Source: Syntrophorhabdaceae bacterium
GTDB lineage: Bacteria; Desulfobacterota; Syntrophorhabdia; Syntrophorhabdales; Syntrophorhabdaceae
DNA: 64,000 bases
Assembly (NCBI GenBank): GCA_963666485.2
Contig: CAXXUO010000002.1
Location: 256,001-320,000, forward strand
Direction of reading: 5' to 3'
Notes under the pieces: generated by a model
Seen by the model: the letters and a program-made list of their open reading frames with translations, nothing else
Database searches by the model: none
What the model was told of the DNA's origin: nothing
Position numbers and translations under genes: made by a program
Shown: piece after piece, positions 20,286-31,566 of the stretch
Layout: every line of letters starts with the position of its first letter
Numbering within the stretch: position 1 is the stretch's first letter

Positions 20286-20514
20286 AACGATTTCCTTTCG
20301 TGCGCCGGTTCACATATGCTGCCATTTATGTACCATTCATCGCCGCTGCCGGGCAAGGGCAATAACGTGAAAACCCTGGATGTGAATTGTTCGTCGGGAC
20401 CGTCGGGCCTTTCGGCTCCGGCCGCGTGTATTATATTACTCGTAGGAAAAAGGTCATTTTTCCGGGCCTTGTTCCGGCAATACATTGCTTCAAAAAGATA
20501 AGGTCGTGATAAGC

Positions 20515-21936
20515 ATGTTCGATGGACCTGAAGGAACCGTGAACGACGGCCTGAGGCTTGAAGGCGACAGCATGGGAAAGGTCTGGGTACCGGCCGACCG
20601 CCTGTGGGGGGCCGGCACCCAGCGCGCCCTCAAGCACTTCAGGATCGGCACCGACGTAAACCCCCCGGAGCTCATCAGGGCCCTCGTCATCGTGAAAGAG
20701 GCTTCGGCCATGGCCAACCGGGAATTGCTCAAGCTTGACGAAGAACGGGCGAGCGCCATCATAGAGGCCGCCCGCGAAGCTGTCTCGGGCAAACTGGACG
20801 GCCATTTCCCTTTGCCCGTCTGGCTGAGCGGAAGCGGCACGCAATTGAATATGAATGTCAACGAGGTCCTTGCGAACCGGGCCATAGAACTGATGGGCGG
20901 GATCAAAGGGACCAGGTCGCCGGTCCATCCCAACGATCATGTCAACATGTCGCAGTCGACGAACGATGTCTTCCCGACGGCCATGAACATTGCGGCCCTG
21001 ACCGCTATCCGGGACCATCTCGGACCGGCTGTCCGGAAACTGGCGGACGGCCTTGAAGAAAAGGCGAAGGCATGGGCCGGCATCACGAAGATCGGCAGGA
21101 CGCACCTCATGGATGCGGTGCCGCTCACCCTGGGCCAGGAGTTCTCCGGGTACGCCGCCATGATCGGCGACGATCTCGCGAGGCTCGACGCCGTACTTCC
21201 CGGACTTTATCACCTTGCCATCGGCGGTACGGCAGTGGGTACCGGCATAACAGCGGAAAAGGGGTTCGGGGACGCAGCCGTGCGCCATATTGCCGGGATC
21301 ACGGGCCTTCCGGTTTCCCCTGCTCCGAACAGGTTTGCCGTGCAGGGCGCCCACGATGCGATGGTCATGGTGAGTGCTGCCCTGAAAGGCATGGCCGTTT
21401 CCCTTTTCAAGATAGCCAACGACATCCGGCTTCTCGCCTCCGGGCCCGACGCGGGTATCCGCGAGCTTATTCTCCCCGCTAACGAACCGGGGTCCTCCAT
21501 CATGCCCGGCAAGGTAAACCCGACCCAATGCGAGGCAATGACCATGGTGGCCGTGCAGGTGATGGGCTATGACCTGGCGGTGGCTTTCGCCGGCGCCGGC
21601 GGCTACCTGGAGATGAACGCATACAAGCCGCTCATTGCATTCAATGTCATCCAATCGATCCGGCTTATCTCGGATGCCTGCAATTCATTCGAGACATTCC
21701 TTGTTGCGGGACTCAAACCGGATAGAAAAAAAATAGATGACTATGTGAATCGCTCACTGATGCTCGTGACGGCCCTCGTACCGGTCATCGGTTACGACAG
21801 GGCCGCCCGGGTGGTTGACCTGGCTGTCGCCGAAGGCCTTACACTCAAGGATGCGGCCCTGAAGCTCGGCTGCATTTCGGCCGAAGAGTTCGATCGCGTT
21901 GTCGATCCTTACAGACTGGCACATGACAACGCGTGA
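20515..21936 (+). CDS. fumC: Class II fumarate hydratase
   Basis: GSGTQLNMNVNEV, HPNDHVNMSQSTND, KIGRTHLMDA, GSSIMPGKVNPTQCE. Confidence 0.95.
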   Translation: MFDGPEGTVNDGLRLEGDSMGKVWVPADRLWGAGTQRALKHFRIGTDVNPPELIRALVIVKEASAMANRELLKLDEERASAIIEAAREAVSGKLDGHFPLPVWLSGSGTQLNMNVNEVLANRAIELMGGIKGTRSPVHPNDHVNMSQSTNDVFPTAMNIAALTAIRDHLGPAVRKLADGLEEKAKAWAGITKIGRTHLMDAVPLTLGQEFSGYAAMIGDDLARLDAVLPGLYHLAIGGTAVGTGITAEKGFGDAAVRHIAGITGLPVSPAPNRFAVQGAHDAMVMVSAALKGMAVSLFKIANDIRLLASGPDAGIRELILPANEPGSSIMPGKVNPTQCEAMTMVAVQVMGYDLAVAFAGAGGYLEMNAYKPLIAFNVIQSIRLISDACNSFETFLVAGLKPDRKKIDDYVNRSLMLVTALVPVIGYDRAARVVDLAVAEGLTLKDAALKLGCISAEEFDRVVDPYRLAHDNA

Positions 21937-21957
21937 CGTGGTGGAGGTATTCATCCC

Positions 21958-23679
21958 ATGATCTTCGATTATGACATAGTGATCGCCGGCGCGGGGCTCG
22001 CGGGTTTGCGGGCCGCGGTGGAGGCCGTGGGAGGGGCCCGCGTCGCAGTCGTATCCAAGGTCCTGCCCACACGCTCCCATTCAGGGGCAGCCCAGGGAGG
22101 GATCACCGCCGCGCTCGGCAACGAGGAGGAGGACCGCTGGGAATGGCACCTGTTCGATACCGTCAAGGGCGGTGATTACTTAAGCGACCAGGACGCCGTC
22201 GAGATCATGGTGAGGGACGCGCCGCGGGCGATCTACGAACTGGAACACATGGGGGTCCCCTTCAGCCGCACAAAGGACGGCAAGATAGCCCAGAGGAACT
22301 TCGGGGGCCACACGAGGGATTTCGGCAAGGCGCCTGTGAAGCGCGCCTGCCATGCGGCGGACCACACCGGGAGGGTGGTCCTCGATACGCTCTACGACCA
22401 GGCCCTCCGGCAGAACGTGAGATTCTACGCGGAGCATCATGTCCTGTCCCTCGTTTTCCGCGATGGGCGGTGCGCGGGTGTCGTGACGTACGAACTCGCC
22501 ACGGGCGAGGTGAATTTCCTGCGGGCAAAAATAGTCCTGCTTGCGACCGGCGGCTGCGGCAAGATCTATCAAACGACATCAAATGGTTTTGCCACCACCG
22601 GCGAGATCCTGAACCTCGCCTACCGGGAAGGCGTCCCGCTCCAGGATATGGAGTTCGTCCAGTTTCACCCGACCGGCCTGTTCCCGCTCGGCATCCTCGT
22701 CAGTGAAGCCGCGCGGGGCGAAGGAGGGGTCCTGCGCAATAACGCGGGGGAGGCCTTCATGGAACGGTATGCGCCGAAGATCAGGGACCTGGCAGCCCGC
22801 GACGTTGTCTCCCGGGCGATCCTGAGCGAGGTCCGCGCGGGGCGCGGCATCGGGGGAAAGCCGTATGTTCACCTCGATCTAACCCACCTGGGGGAACAGA
22901 AGATAACCGAGAAACTCTGGGAGATCACCTCGTTCGCGCGGACCTACCTCGGCATCGACGCCGTCACGCAGCCCATTCCCGTTGCACCCACCTGCCATTA
23001 CCTGATGGGCGGGATCCCGACGGACTTAGACGGCAGGGTCCTTGCCGATGAAAAAGGCCGGACCGTCCCCGGGCTCTATGCGGCGGGCGAATGTGCCTGC
23101 GTGTCCATACACGGCGCAAACCGGCTCGGGTGCAACTCGCTCCTCGACCTCGTCGTCTTCGGCAGGCGCAGCGGAAAAGCGATGAAAGACGAGCTGCCGG
23201 GGATGGTTTCCGTGCCGGGCCCCGACCCGGCCGAGATCGTCAAAGAAATGCTTGCGTCACTCCTCGAAAGGGAAGGAACGGAAAGATCCCACGTGATACG
23301 GCAGGAAATGCAGGCCCTCATGACGGAACGCGCCTCCGTCTTTCGCACGGGGGAAGGTTTGAAACAGGGATTGGATTCCATCAGGTCTCTGAAGGAAAGA
23401 TACCTTCACCTGCCGGTGACGAACAGGGCGGGGCCGTTCAATTATGACCTCATGGAAACGATCGAGCTAGGCCATCAACTGGAGCTCTGCGAGGTGATCC
23501 TCACGAGTGCGCTCAACCGGAGAGAGAGCCGCGGCGCCCACTACCGGGAAGATTTTCCCGAAAGGGACGACCGGAACTATGTGAAGCACACCCTCGCATT
23601 CGATGCGCCCGGGGGGCCGCGGATAGAATATAAACCGGCGGTGATAACCAGGTTCCAGCCAGAGGTGAGAGTGTACTGA
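21958..23679 (+). CDS. sdhA: Succinate dehydrogenase/fumarate reductase flavoprotein subunit
   Basis: [16 protein letters not shown] (covalent FAD His), [33 protein letters not shown]. Confidence 0.95.
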   Translation: MIFDYDIVIAGAGLAGLRAAVEAVGGARVAVVSKVLPTRSHSGAAQGGITAALGNEEEDRWEWHLFDTVKGGDYLSDQDAVEIMVRDAPRAIYELEHMGVPFSRTKDGKIAQRNFGGHTRDFGKAPVKRACHAADHTGRVVLDTLYDQALRQNVRFYAEHHVLSLVFRDGRCAGVVTYELATGEVNFLRAKIVLLATGGCGKIYQTTSNGFATTGEILNLAYREGVPLQDMEFVQFHPTGLFPLGILVSEAARGEGGVLRNNAGEAFMERYAPKIRDLAARDVVSRAILSEVRAGRGIGGKPYVHLDLTHLGEQKITEKLWEITSFARTYLGIDAVTQPIPVAPTCHYLMGGIPTDLDGRVLADEKGRTVPGLYAAGECACVSIHGANRLGCNSLLDLVVFGRRSGKAMKDELPGMVSVPGPDPAEIVKEMLASLLEREGTERSHVIRQEMQALMTERASVFRTGEGLKQGLDSIRSLKERYLHLPVTNRAGPFNYDLMETIELGHQLELCEVILTSALNRRESRGAHYREDFPERDDRNYVKHTLAFDAPGGPRIEYKPAVITRFQPEVRVY

Positions 23680-23688
23680 TGACGGGAG

Positions 23689-24396
23689 GTGTCCGTGGCT
23701 ATAAGGCTCAAGGTCTTTCGCTTCGATCCGGCAAAGGATGAAAAGCCGTATTACAAGGACTATGAGGTCGACGCCGAACCCACGGACCGGCTTCTCGATT
23801 GCCTGAACCGTGTCCGCTGGGAGAAGGACCCTGGCCTTTCCTTCCGCATGTCGTGCGGCCACGGCATCTGCGGGTCGGACGGCATGCGTATTGACGGGAT
23901 GTGCGGGCTTCCCTGCCAGAGGCTCGTCAAGTCGCTCGGGCCCGAGGTGCTCATCGAGCCCCTGCCCGTGTTCAGGGTGATCAAGGACCTCGTCGTTGAC
24001 CTCGAGCCGTTCTTCGAAAGATACCGTTCGATAAGGCCATACCTCATCGCCGCCGAACCGCCCGGCGACGAACGCAGGCAATCACCGGACGAGGCCCGCC
24101 TGCTGGAAACGTCGGTGCGCTGCATCCTGTGTGCCTGCTGCACCGCGTCATGCCCGGTGAACCAGGACCCGCAGACCACGGACTACGTGGGGCCCGCCGC
24201 CCTGGTCCGGGCCTTTCGTTATCTTTTCGACTCGCGGGACGAGGGCCTCGCGCAGCGCCTGCCCGTTCTCGACAGGAAAGAAGGCGCGTGGGGCTGCCGG
24301 ACCCTGTGGAAATGCACGGAGGTCTGTCCCCGGAAGATCCCTGTTACGAAGCTGATCGGCCAGATCAAACGGAAGATCTACGAGACGAAAAAATGA
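23689..24396 (+). CDS. sdhB: Succinate dehydrogenase iron-sulfur subunit
   Basis: SCGHGICGSDG, CILCACCTASCP, CRTLWKCTEVCP. Confidence 0.93.
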   Translation: MSVAIRLKVFRFDPAKDEKPYYKDYEVDAEPTDRLLDCLNRVRWEKDPGLSFRMSCGHGICGSDGMRIDGMCGLPCQRLVKSLGPEVLIEPLPVFRVIKDLVVDLEPFFERYRSIRPYLIAAEPPGDERRQSPDEARLLETSVRCILCACCTASCPVNQDPQTTDYVGPAALVRAFRYLFDSRDEGLAQRLPVLDRKEGAWGCRTLWKCTEVCPRKIPVTKLIGQIKRKIYETKK

Positions 24397-24412
24397 AGGG
24401 CGAACCGCGGCT

Positions 24413-27400
24413 TTGCCGGTGGAGAAATGCGACGTGAGTCCGGCTGAATTGAACGTCCGTATCGTTGAAAGAGGAAAAGAGCTTAACGCGGCCCTCAAGG
24501 GAGAGAAACCGTCCCTTTTTCAGCGATCACGGTGGGTTGGCACGGTCCTCACCTGGCTTCTCAGACATGATGAACTGCGTGCCGGCGTATTTCGCTTTGT
24601 CGATGTATTCCCCGCCCTCGCCACGTCCGCGATGCTGGTCGACCACCTCGAGGACCTCGCAAGGTCCGACGGTTTGCACGCACCCATCCGGTGGGCCGTG
24701 CACCGTGCCCTGGCGGGAGACGGGCTTGCGAGGTCCGCCCTCGCCACGACGGTCCGGTACACGATGCGAAAGCTGGGCGAACAATTCATGGTGGGTGAGA
24801 ACACGGGAGATGCCGTTCGGAGGCTTTCGCATATACGCCGTGAAGGGTGTGCCTTCTCGGTCGATATTCTCGGAGAATCGGTCCTGAGCGAGGCTGAGGC
24901 CCGGGAGTACCGTGACCACTACCTCGATCTCATCGGTGCGCTCGCGCAAGCCCAAAGGCACTGGCCGCCCCTTGGCACGAAGGACGATCAGCCTGACCAC
25001 GACTGGGGATATCACCCGAAAGTAAACATTTCCCTCAAGCCGACATCTCTCTATTCGCAAGCCAGGCCCGTCGATTTCAATAACTCCGTCGAGGCGATGG
25101 TCGCACAGATCCGGCCGGTGTACGAAAAACTGCTCGGCAGCGGCGGTTCCCTTTGCATCGACATGGAATCGTACCAGTACAAGGACCTGTCGCTTGAGGT
25201 CTACAAACGGCTCAGGGCCGAATATCCCGGTCATCCCCACCTCGCCGTCGCCTTGCAGGCCTACCTTACCGACACGGACAATGACCTTTCCGAATTGCTC
25301 GACTGGAGCGACAGGCAGGGACTGCCTGTCTCGATCCGTCTCGTGAAAGGCGCCTACTGGGACCACGAGGTAATGAGGGCCCGCCAGAACGGCTGGGACG
25401 TCCCGGTCTACAGGGAGAAGGCGAAGACCGATGCCTCTTTCGAGCGCAACGCGCTGCGCATTCTGTCCCACCCCACCGCCTACCTTGCCTGCGCCTCCCA
25501 CAATATACGCTCCATCGCCGCAGTGATGGAGGCAGCCAGGTCCCTGGGCGTTCCGGACAACCGCTACGAGTTCCAGATGCTCTACGGCATGGCGGAACCC
25601 ATCCGGAGGGCCCTCGCACGAATGACCGGCCGGGTGCGGCTTTATTGCCCGTATGGCCGGATCGTGCCCGGGATGGCCTATCTCGTGCGCCGCCTTCTTG
25701 AAAATACCGCCAACCAGAGCTTCCTGCGCCTCGCCTTCACACGGGTGAAAGATGTCGACGCCCTCCTTGCAGACCCGGCGGGATTGACGGCTGAAGGCGG
25801 GACCGTCCCGGCCGTCTCTACCGGTCCTGCAGCCTTTTCCAACCAGCCGCCGGCCGACTTCACAAAGCGCGAGGAACGCCGCCTCTTCGCCCGGGCGGTG
25901 GCACTCGTCCGCCGGGAGTTCGAAAAGCCCTGCCCCCTCTTCATCAACGGCGAGGACAGGGCCACCGGGGATGTACTTCCCTCACTGAACCCGGCCGATC
26001 CTGACGAGGTGATCGCCCGTGTCTGCCAGGCGGGACGGGATGATGTGGACGATGCCATCGCGGCGGCGCAAAGCGCCTTCATGCGCTGGCGCGAGACGGA
26101 AAGCCCCGTCAGGGCCGGATACCTTACGGCTGCCGCGGCCTGGATGAGAGACCACAGGTACGAACTGGCGGCCCTGCAGGTATGGGAGATCGGCAAACAA
26201 TGGGGCGAGGCCTCATCCGACGTGGCGGAAGCCATCGACTACCTGGAATATTATGCCCGCGAGATGATACGGCTCGGCGTGCCCCATCCCCTTCCCTCGG
26301 TCCCCGGTGAGGTCAATAAGTACCTGTATGAGCCCCGGGGCGTCGCCGCCGTGATCGCGCCGTGGAATTTCCCGCTCGCCATTACGACCGGGATGGTCTC
26401 AGCGGCCGTCGTTACCGGGAACTGCGTGGTCTACAAACCCTCTCCCCTTACCCCCGCGGTCGGCCGCAGCCTGGCAGACGCATTCAGGGCCGCCAATCTG
26501 CCGGCGGGCGTTTTCAATTTCATCCCCGGCCGCACCGAGGTCATTGCGGAATACGTGATAAACCATCCTTCGATCGCCACCATTGCCTTCACCGGGTCTA
26601 CGCAAACCGGTCTCAAGATCATAGAGAGCACTGCGATCACCCGGCCCGGGCAGGTATGTGTCAAACGCATGATATGCGAAATGGGCGGAAAAAATGCGAT
26701 CATCATAGACGACGACGCCGATCTCGATGAGGCGGTACCCGGGGTCCTCGTATCCGCCTTCGGCTTCCAGGGTCAGAAATGCTCCGCCTGCTCGAGGGTC
26801 ATTGTCCTCGAAACCATATACGATGCCTTTGTCGAGCGCCTGGTCAGCGCGGCCGAATCGCTCCCGCTGGGCCCCGCGAGCGATCCCGCTTTCGTCCTGG
26901 GCCCCGTCTGCGACGCCGCCTCCCGGGCGAGGATCTCAGGCTACATCGAGACGGCTGCCCGGGAAGGGAGGGTCCTCTATAAAGGCAGGACGCCGCCTGC
27001 CGGCAATTATGTACCCGTTACCATTGTGGGCGATATCGCACCCGGGCATCGGCTCGCCGAGGAAGAGATATTCGGACCGGTCCTCGCCGTCATGAAGGCC
27101 AAGACCTTCGGGCAGGCCCTCGACGTTGCCAATTCAACGATGTATGCCCTCACGGGAGGCGTGTTCAGCCGGAATCCGCGCCACCTTGACGAAGCACGGA
27201 AAAGATTCCGGACGGGCAATCTCTATCTGAACCGCCATATTACCGGTGCCCTTGTGGGCCGCCAGCCCTTCGGCGGTCTTAAGATGTCCGGACTTGGCAC
27301 GAAGGCGGGCGGTGAAGGATACCTGCTTCATTTTATGGACCCCCGGGTCATTACGGAAAACACCGCGCGCCGGGGCTTTTCCCCGGAGTTGCTCGACCGG

Positions 27401-27430
27401 GGACGAAACGGCGAAAGGACGAAACGGTAG
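24413..27430 (+). CDS. putA: Bifunctional proline dehydrogenase / P5C (glutamate semialdehyde) dehydrogenase
   Basis: FRFVDVFP, IDME, LQAYL, IRLVKGAYWD, ASHN, YLVRRLLEN; ALDH motifs PWNFP, EMGGKN, GQKCSACS, EEIFGPV. Start approximate. Confidence 0.95.
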   Translation: MPVEKCDVSPAELNVRIVERGKELNAALKGEKPSLFQRSRWVGTVLTWLLRHDELRAGVFRFVDVFPALATSAMLVDHLEDLARSDGLHAPIRWAVHRALAGDGLARSALATTVRYTMRKLGEQFMVGENTGDAVRRLSHIRREGCAFSVDILGESVLSEAEAREYRDHYLDLIGALAQAQRHWPPLGTKDDQPDHDWGYHPKVNISLKPTSLYSQARPVDFNNSVEAMVAQIRPVYEKLLGSGGSLCIDMESYQYKDLSLEVYKRLRAEYPGHPHLAVALQAYLTDTDNDLSELLDWSDRQGLPVSIRLVKGAYWDHEVMRARQNGWDVPVYREKAKTDASFERNALRILSHPTAYLACASHNIRSIAAVMEAARSLGVPDNRYEFQMLYGMAEPIRRALARMTGRVRLYCPYGRIVPGMAYLVRRLLENTANQSFLRLAFTRVKDVDALLADPAGLTAEGGTVPAVSTGPAAFSNQPPADFTKREERRLFARAVALVRREFEKPCPLFINGEDRATGDVLPSLNPADPDEVIARVCQAGRDDVDDAIAAAQSAFMRWRETESPVRAGYLTAAAAWMRDHRYELAALQVWEIGKQWGEASSDVAEAIDYLEYYAREMIRLGVPHPLPSVPGEVNKYLYEPRGVAAVIAPWNFPLAITTGMVSAAVVTGNCVVYKPSPLTPAVGRSLADAFRAANLPAGVFNFIPGRTEVIAEYVINHPSIATIAFTGSTQTGLKIIESTAITRPGQVCVKRMICEMGGKNAIIIDDDADLDEAVPGVLVSAFGFQGQKCSACSRVIVLETIYDAFVERLVSAAESLPLGPASDPAFVLGPVCDAASRARISGYIETAAREGRVLYKGRTPPAGNYVPVTIVGDIAPGHRLAEEEIFGPVLAVMKAKTFGQALDVANSTMYALTGGVFSRNPRHLDEARKRFRTGNLYLNRHITGALVGRQPFGGLKMSGLGTKAGGEGYLLHFMDPRVITENTARRGFSPELLDRGRNGERTKR

Positions 27431-27462
27431 CTATGCGGCACAGAAAGGATTATAATTTCTAG

Positions 27463-28470
27463 ATGACACATACAGTCACTCTCATTCCCGGTGACGGCAT
27501 CGGTCCCGAGGTTTCTGCAGCCGCGCTGCGCGTTATTGAAGCAGCCGGTGTCGATATCGCGTGGGAAAGGTTCGACGTCGGGAACCGCGCCCAGGAATCG
27601 TCAGGCTCTTCGCTCCCCGATGAGGTCATCGAATCCATCAGGCGCAATGGCCTTGCCCTCAAAGGCCCGGTCGCCACCGAGATCGGGAAGGGCTTTACGA
27701 GCGTCAACGTTCGATTGCGCAAGGCACTCGATCTTTATGCCAATTTACGCCCTGTGCGGAAGCTCCCGGGAGTCGAGACACCCTTTGGCGACCTCAACCT
27801 CGTCGTCGTCAGGGAAAACACGGAAGACCTCTATGCGGGCATCGAACACGAGGTCGTGCCGGGGGTCATAGAATCACTGAAGATCATCACCGAAAAAGGG
27901 AGCACCCGCATCGCCGCCTTTGCCTTTAATTATGCAAGGACATTGGGACGAAAGAAGGTCACCGCCATTCACAAAGCGAACATTATGAAGATGTCGGACG
28001 GGCTGTTCCTGAACTGCTTCAGGCGTGTCGCCGCCGATTACCCGGACATCGAACACGACGAAATGATCGTCGATACCGCGTGTATGAAGCTTGTCATGGA
28101 CCCGCATCAATTTGACGTCCTCGTGATGGAGAACCTTTACGGGGACATCATTTCCGATCTCGCCGCAGGCCTTGTGGGAGGTCTCGGGGTCGTCCCCGGC
28201 GCCAACCTGGGCGAAAAGGCGGCTATTTTCGAGGCCGTACACGGCACGGCGCCGGACATTGCCGGGCAGGGCCTCGCGAACCCCACGGCAATACTCCTGT
28301 CCGTCGTCATGATGCTGCGCCACCTCGGGGAAGAAAACGCAGCATCGGGCATCGAAACCGCGTTGAACAAAGTACTCACACAACGGGAAAAGACGACGCC
28401 CGACCTTGGAGGCAGGGCTTCGACCACGGAGTTTACAGACGCCGTCATTACGGCCCTTGAACAAACGTAA
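27463..28470 (+). CDS. icd: Isocitrate dehydrogenase, NAD-dependent type (IDH/IPMDH family)
   Basis: IPGDGIGPEV, KGFTSVNVRLRK, RENTEDLY, HKANIMKMSDGLF, NLYGDIISDL, FEAVHGTAPDIAG; TCA gene context. Confidence 0.8.
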   Translation: MTHTVTLIPGDGIGPEVSAAALRVIEAAGVDIAWERFDVGNRAQESSGSSLPDEVIESIRRNGLALKGPVATEIGKGFTSVNVRLRKALDLYANLRPVRKLPGVETPFGDLNLVVVRENTEDLYAGIEHEVVPGVIESLKIITEKGSTRIAAFAFNYARTLGRKKVTAIHKANIMKMSDGLFLNCFRRVAADYPDIEHDEMIVDTACMKLVMDPHQFDVLVMENLYGDIISDLAAGLVGGLGVVPGANLGEKAAIFEAVHGTAPDIAGQGLANPTAILLSVVMMLRHLGEENAASGIETALNKVLTQREKTTPDLGGRASTTEFTDAVITALEQT

Positions 28471-28581
28471 AACATACGATGGGAGCCTATCGGCGATGAA
28501 TCGCCACCCGGTGTACCGGCTTGCGGCCATGCGAGAATAGTTGTACACTATCAGGCACAGTTGCTTTTTCAGGAGACTCAC

Positions 28582-31518
28582 ATGGCCAAAGCAAAAGACC
28601 CGGCCGAAGAGGAACTTGACACGGGAATCTCTAAGCTTTATCCACTCACGAGCGCACCCCAGACCGTAAACAGGGCGGAAGAGGAACCTTTCCGGATCAC
28701 ATCCGGTTGGCTCGAGATCGCGGAACAAGCCGCAGATGCGGGATTCTATGACTGGGACATGGTCACGGAACAGCTCACGTGGTCCCGGGGGATATACCAC
28801 CTGTTTGGTCTTTCTCCCGATGTAAAAGCAACCTTTGATACGTGGCTTGCGGTGATGCACCCTGACGACCGTGAACCGGCGATGGCAAGGATCCATCAAT
28901 CATGCGAGGAAAGGCTGCCCGGCAGAAACGAGTACCGTATCATCCTGCCTGGCGGGCAAGAGCGGTGGATAAGCGCATTCGGGACGACATTTTACGATGA
29001 GGCCGGCAAACCTTTTCGGCGTTGCGGCATCTGCATCGATATAACCGAGCGCAAGCAGTCGGAGGCCACGCTCAACAGAAGCGCGGAAAGGCTGGCCATT
29101 ATATCGGATACAGCCAACCGCCTCTTGATGAGCAAGGAGCCTCAATCGATCGTTGAAGACCTGTGTCAAAAGGTGATGGAACACCTTGATTGCCACGTTT
29201 TTTTCAATTTCCTCGTCGATGATGAAAGGAACTGCCTGCGGCTCAATGCTTATGCGGGAATCCCGGAAGAGACAGCCCGGGAGATCCATTTCCTGGATTA
29301 TGGTGTTGCCGTATGCGGCTGCGCGGCCAGGGACGCGTGCCGGATCGTAGCGCAGAACATCCCCACGACCCCGGATATCAGAACGGACCTCGTCCGTTCG
29401 TTTGGAATCACCGCCTATGCCTGCCACCCCCTGTTCGCACAGGGCAAAGTCATCGGGACCCTTTCTTTTGGTACCCGGTCGCGTCTTACCTTTAGCCAGG
29501 ACGAACTCTCCCTCATGAAAACTGTAGCCGACCAGGTTGCCATCGCGATGGAACGCATACGCCTTTTGCGGTCGGCGCAGGCGCGTGCCGAAGAACTCGA
29601 GCTCCGTGTCGGGGAACGTACTGACGAACTTCGGCAGGCCCTGCAATCGCTTTCCCGGGGCAGACAACGGTTATACGATGTGTTGGAGACGCTGCCCGCC
29701 TACGTTGTACTTCTCGCGCCGGATTACCGGGTCCCGTTCGCGAACCGTGTTTTCCGGGACCTTTTCGGCGATCCTGCCGACAAGAAGTGTTTTGAACATC
29801 TCTTTGGATGGACCGAACCATGTGAGACGTGTCAAACCTATGAAACGCTGAGGACCTCGATGCCCCAGCATTGGATGTGGGCCGGCCCGAACGGGCGGAC
29901 GTACGAAGTTCGTGATTTCCCCTTCACGGACACGGACGGATCTGCCCTTATCCTCGAGATGGGCGTGGATATAACGGACCAGAAACGTGCGGAGGAAGAG
30001 GTCCGTCTCGCGTATGCCTACAACCGGAACCTCATTGAGGTAAACCTCGACCCTCTCGTGACAGTCAGCCCGGACGGCCGGATAGCGGACGCGAATACAG
30101 CAACGGAAAGGGTGACGGGGTATTCCCGCGAAGAACTGATCGGCACGGATTTCAGCGATTACTATACCGAGCCTGAAAAGGCAAAGACCGGATATTTACT
30201 GGCCTTCGAGAAGGGCGCCGTAAAGGACTATGAACTCGCCATCCGCCACCGCGACGGACATGTTACGCCTGTCCTGTACAACGCGTCTGTCTACAGAGAT
30301 GAAACCGGCAAGGTGAGCGGTGTTTTCGCCGCAGCCCGGGACATGACCGACCAAAGGCGCCTCGAAAGCGAGCTTCGCCACTCCCAGAAGATGGAAGCTA
30401 TCGGCACCCTGGCGGGAGGCATTGCGCATGACTTCAATAATATGCTGGCCGCCATTCTCGGTTTTACGGAAATGGTCATGGAAGATACGCGCGACCGTTC
30501 CGACGTGCAGAGAAGTTTGCAGAACATCTCAAGGGCAGCCATACGAGCACGGGACCTGGTGAAACGGATCCTCACCTTCTCCCGCAGGACGGAGGAGCAA
30601 AGAAGTCCCATTTCCCTGTCACCCATCATCAGGGAGACAGTCGAGTTGCTCCGTGCTTCTATCCCTGCAATGATCGATATCGAACTCTCCCTCACGGCGA
30701 CGTCCGACACGGTCCTCGCCTCACCGCTGGACGTGCAGGAGGTCCTCATGAACCTTGTCACCAACGCCTCCCTTGCAATGCCGGAAAAAGGGGGGACTAT
30801 CGAGGTGAGCCTCAGCGACATCGACTTTGCGCCCGAATCAACCGTGCAAGGTTTTGAAGTAGTGCCGGGGGAGTATGTTCAGCTGGTTGTAAAGGATACC
30901 GGCTCGGGCATGGGGCCCGACGTGATGAAAAGGGTCTTCGATCCCTTCTTCACGACACGGGAAGTCGGGAAGGGCACGGGCATGGGTTTGGCGATGGTAT
31001 ACGGCATCGTGCAGAACCTGCAGGGTACCGTTACAGTTGAAAGCGAGGTCGGAGCGGGTTCTACCTTCAGAGTACTCCTGCCCAAGGTCAAGGCGGATAC
31101 ACAAGCGGAGGTAGAGCAGCCTGCCGCGGTCCCTCGCGGCAACGAGCGGATCCTCTTCATTGATGATGAACAAATGCTTGTCGAATGGGGGCGGATCACG
31201 CTTGAGCGCCTTGGTTACACGGTAACCACTATGACGGACAGCCGGGAAGCATTGAAAACTTTTTTTGCCGGTCCTTTCCTCTTTGACCTCGTCATTACCG
31301 ACCATTCCATGCCGCAGATGTCCGGGGTTCAACTCGCCAAAGAGTTTCTCTCAGTAAGAGGAGACATACCCGTGATCCTCTGCACCGGTTACAGCGACGC
31401 CGTTAATTCGGAAACAGCGAGAGCGGAGGGCATCAACGACTTCCTCATGAAACCCCTGTCCAAAGAGGAATTGGCGATAGCGATCAGAAAAGCGCTTGAC
31501 ACAAGATGCGCCGTGTGA
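28582..31518 (+). CDS. Hybrid sensor histidine kinase (PAS-GAF-PAS-PAS-HisKA-HATPase-REC)
   Basis: RBS AGGAG. GGIAHDFNN H-box, NLVTNA, DTGSGM, FDPFFTT, GTGMGL; receiver ILFIDDE...DLVITD...KP. Confidence 0.93.
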   Translation: MAKAKDPAEEELDTGISKLYPLTSAPQTVNRAEEEPFRITSGWLEIAEQAADAGFYDWDMVTEQLTWSRGIYHLFGLSPDVKATFDTWLAVMHPDDREPAMARIHQSCEERLPGRNEYRIILPGGQERWISAFGTTFYDEAGKPFRRCGICIDITERKQSEATLNRSAERLAIISDTANRLLMSKEPQSIVEDLCQKVMEHLDCHVFFNFLVDDERNCLRLNAYAGIPEETAREIHFLDYGVAVCGCAARDACRIVAQNIPTTPDIRTDLVRSFGITAYACHPLFAQGKVIGTLSFGTRSRLTFSQDELSLMKTVADQVAIAMERIRLLRSAQARAEELELRVGERTDELRQALQSLSRGRQRLYDVLETLPAYVVLLAPDYRVPFANRVFRDLFGDPADKKCFEHLFGWTEPCETCQTYETLRTSMPQHWMWAGPNGRTYEVRDFPFTDTDGSALILEMGVDITDQKRAEEEVRLAYAYNRNLIEVNLDPLVTVSPDGRIADANTATERVTGYSREELIGTDFSDYYTEPEKAKTGYLLAFEKGAVKDYELAIRHRDGHVTPVLYNASVYRDETGKVSGVFAAARDMTDQRRLESELRHSQKMEAIGTLAGGIAHDFNNMLAAILGFTEMVMEDTRDRSDVQRSLQNISRAAIRARDLVKRILTFSRRTEEQRSPISLSPIIRETVELLRASIPAMIDIELSLTATSDTVLASPLDVQEVLMNLVTNASLAMPEKGGTIEVSLSDIDFAPESTVQGFEVVPGEYVQLVVKDTGSGMGPDVMKRVFDPFFTTREVGKGTGMGLAMVYGIVQNLQGTVTVESEVGAGSTFRVLLPKVKADTQAEVEQPAAVPRGNERILFIDDEQMLVEWGRITLERLGYTVTTMTDSREALKTFFAGPFLFDLVITDHSMPQMSGVQLAKEFLSVRGDIPVILCTGYSDAVNSETARAEGINDFLMKPLSKEELAIAIRKALDTRCAV

Positions 31519-31566
31519 AAAGAAACATCGCAGAGTTCCCCGGATCGTCCGAACCTATCTTCTCAA

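Noticed and set aside
27463..28470. Assignment as leuB (3-isopropylmalate dehydrogenase)
   Set aside because: The SVNVxLRK and HKANIMK motifs and the TCA context fit isocitrate dehydrogenase better.
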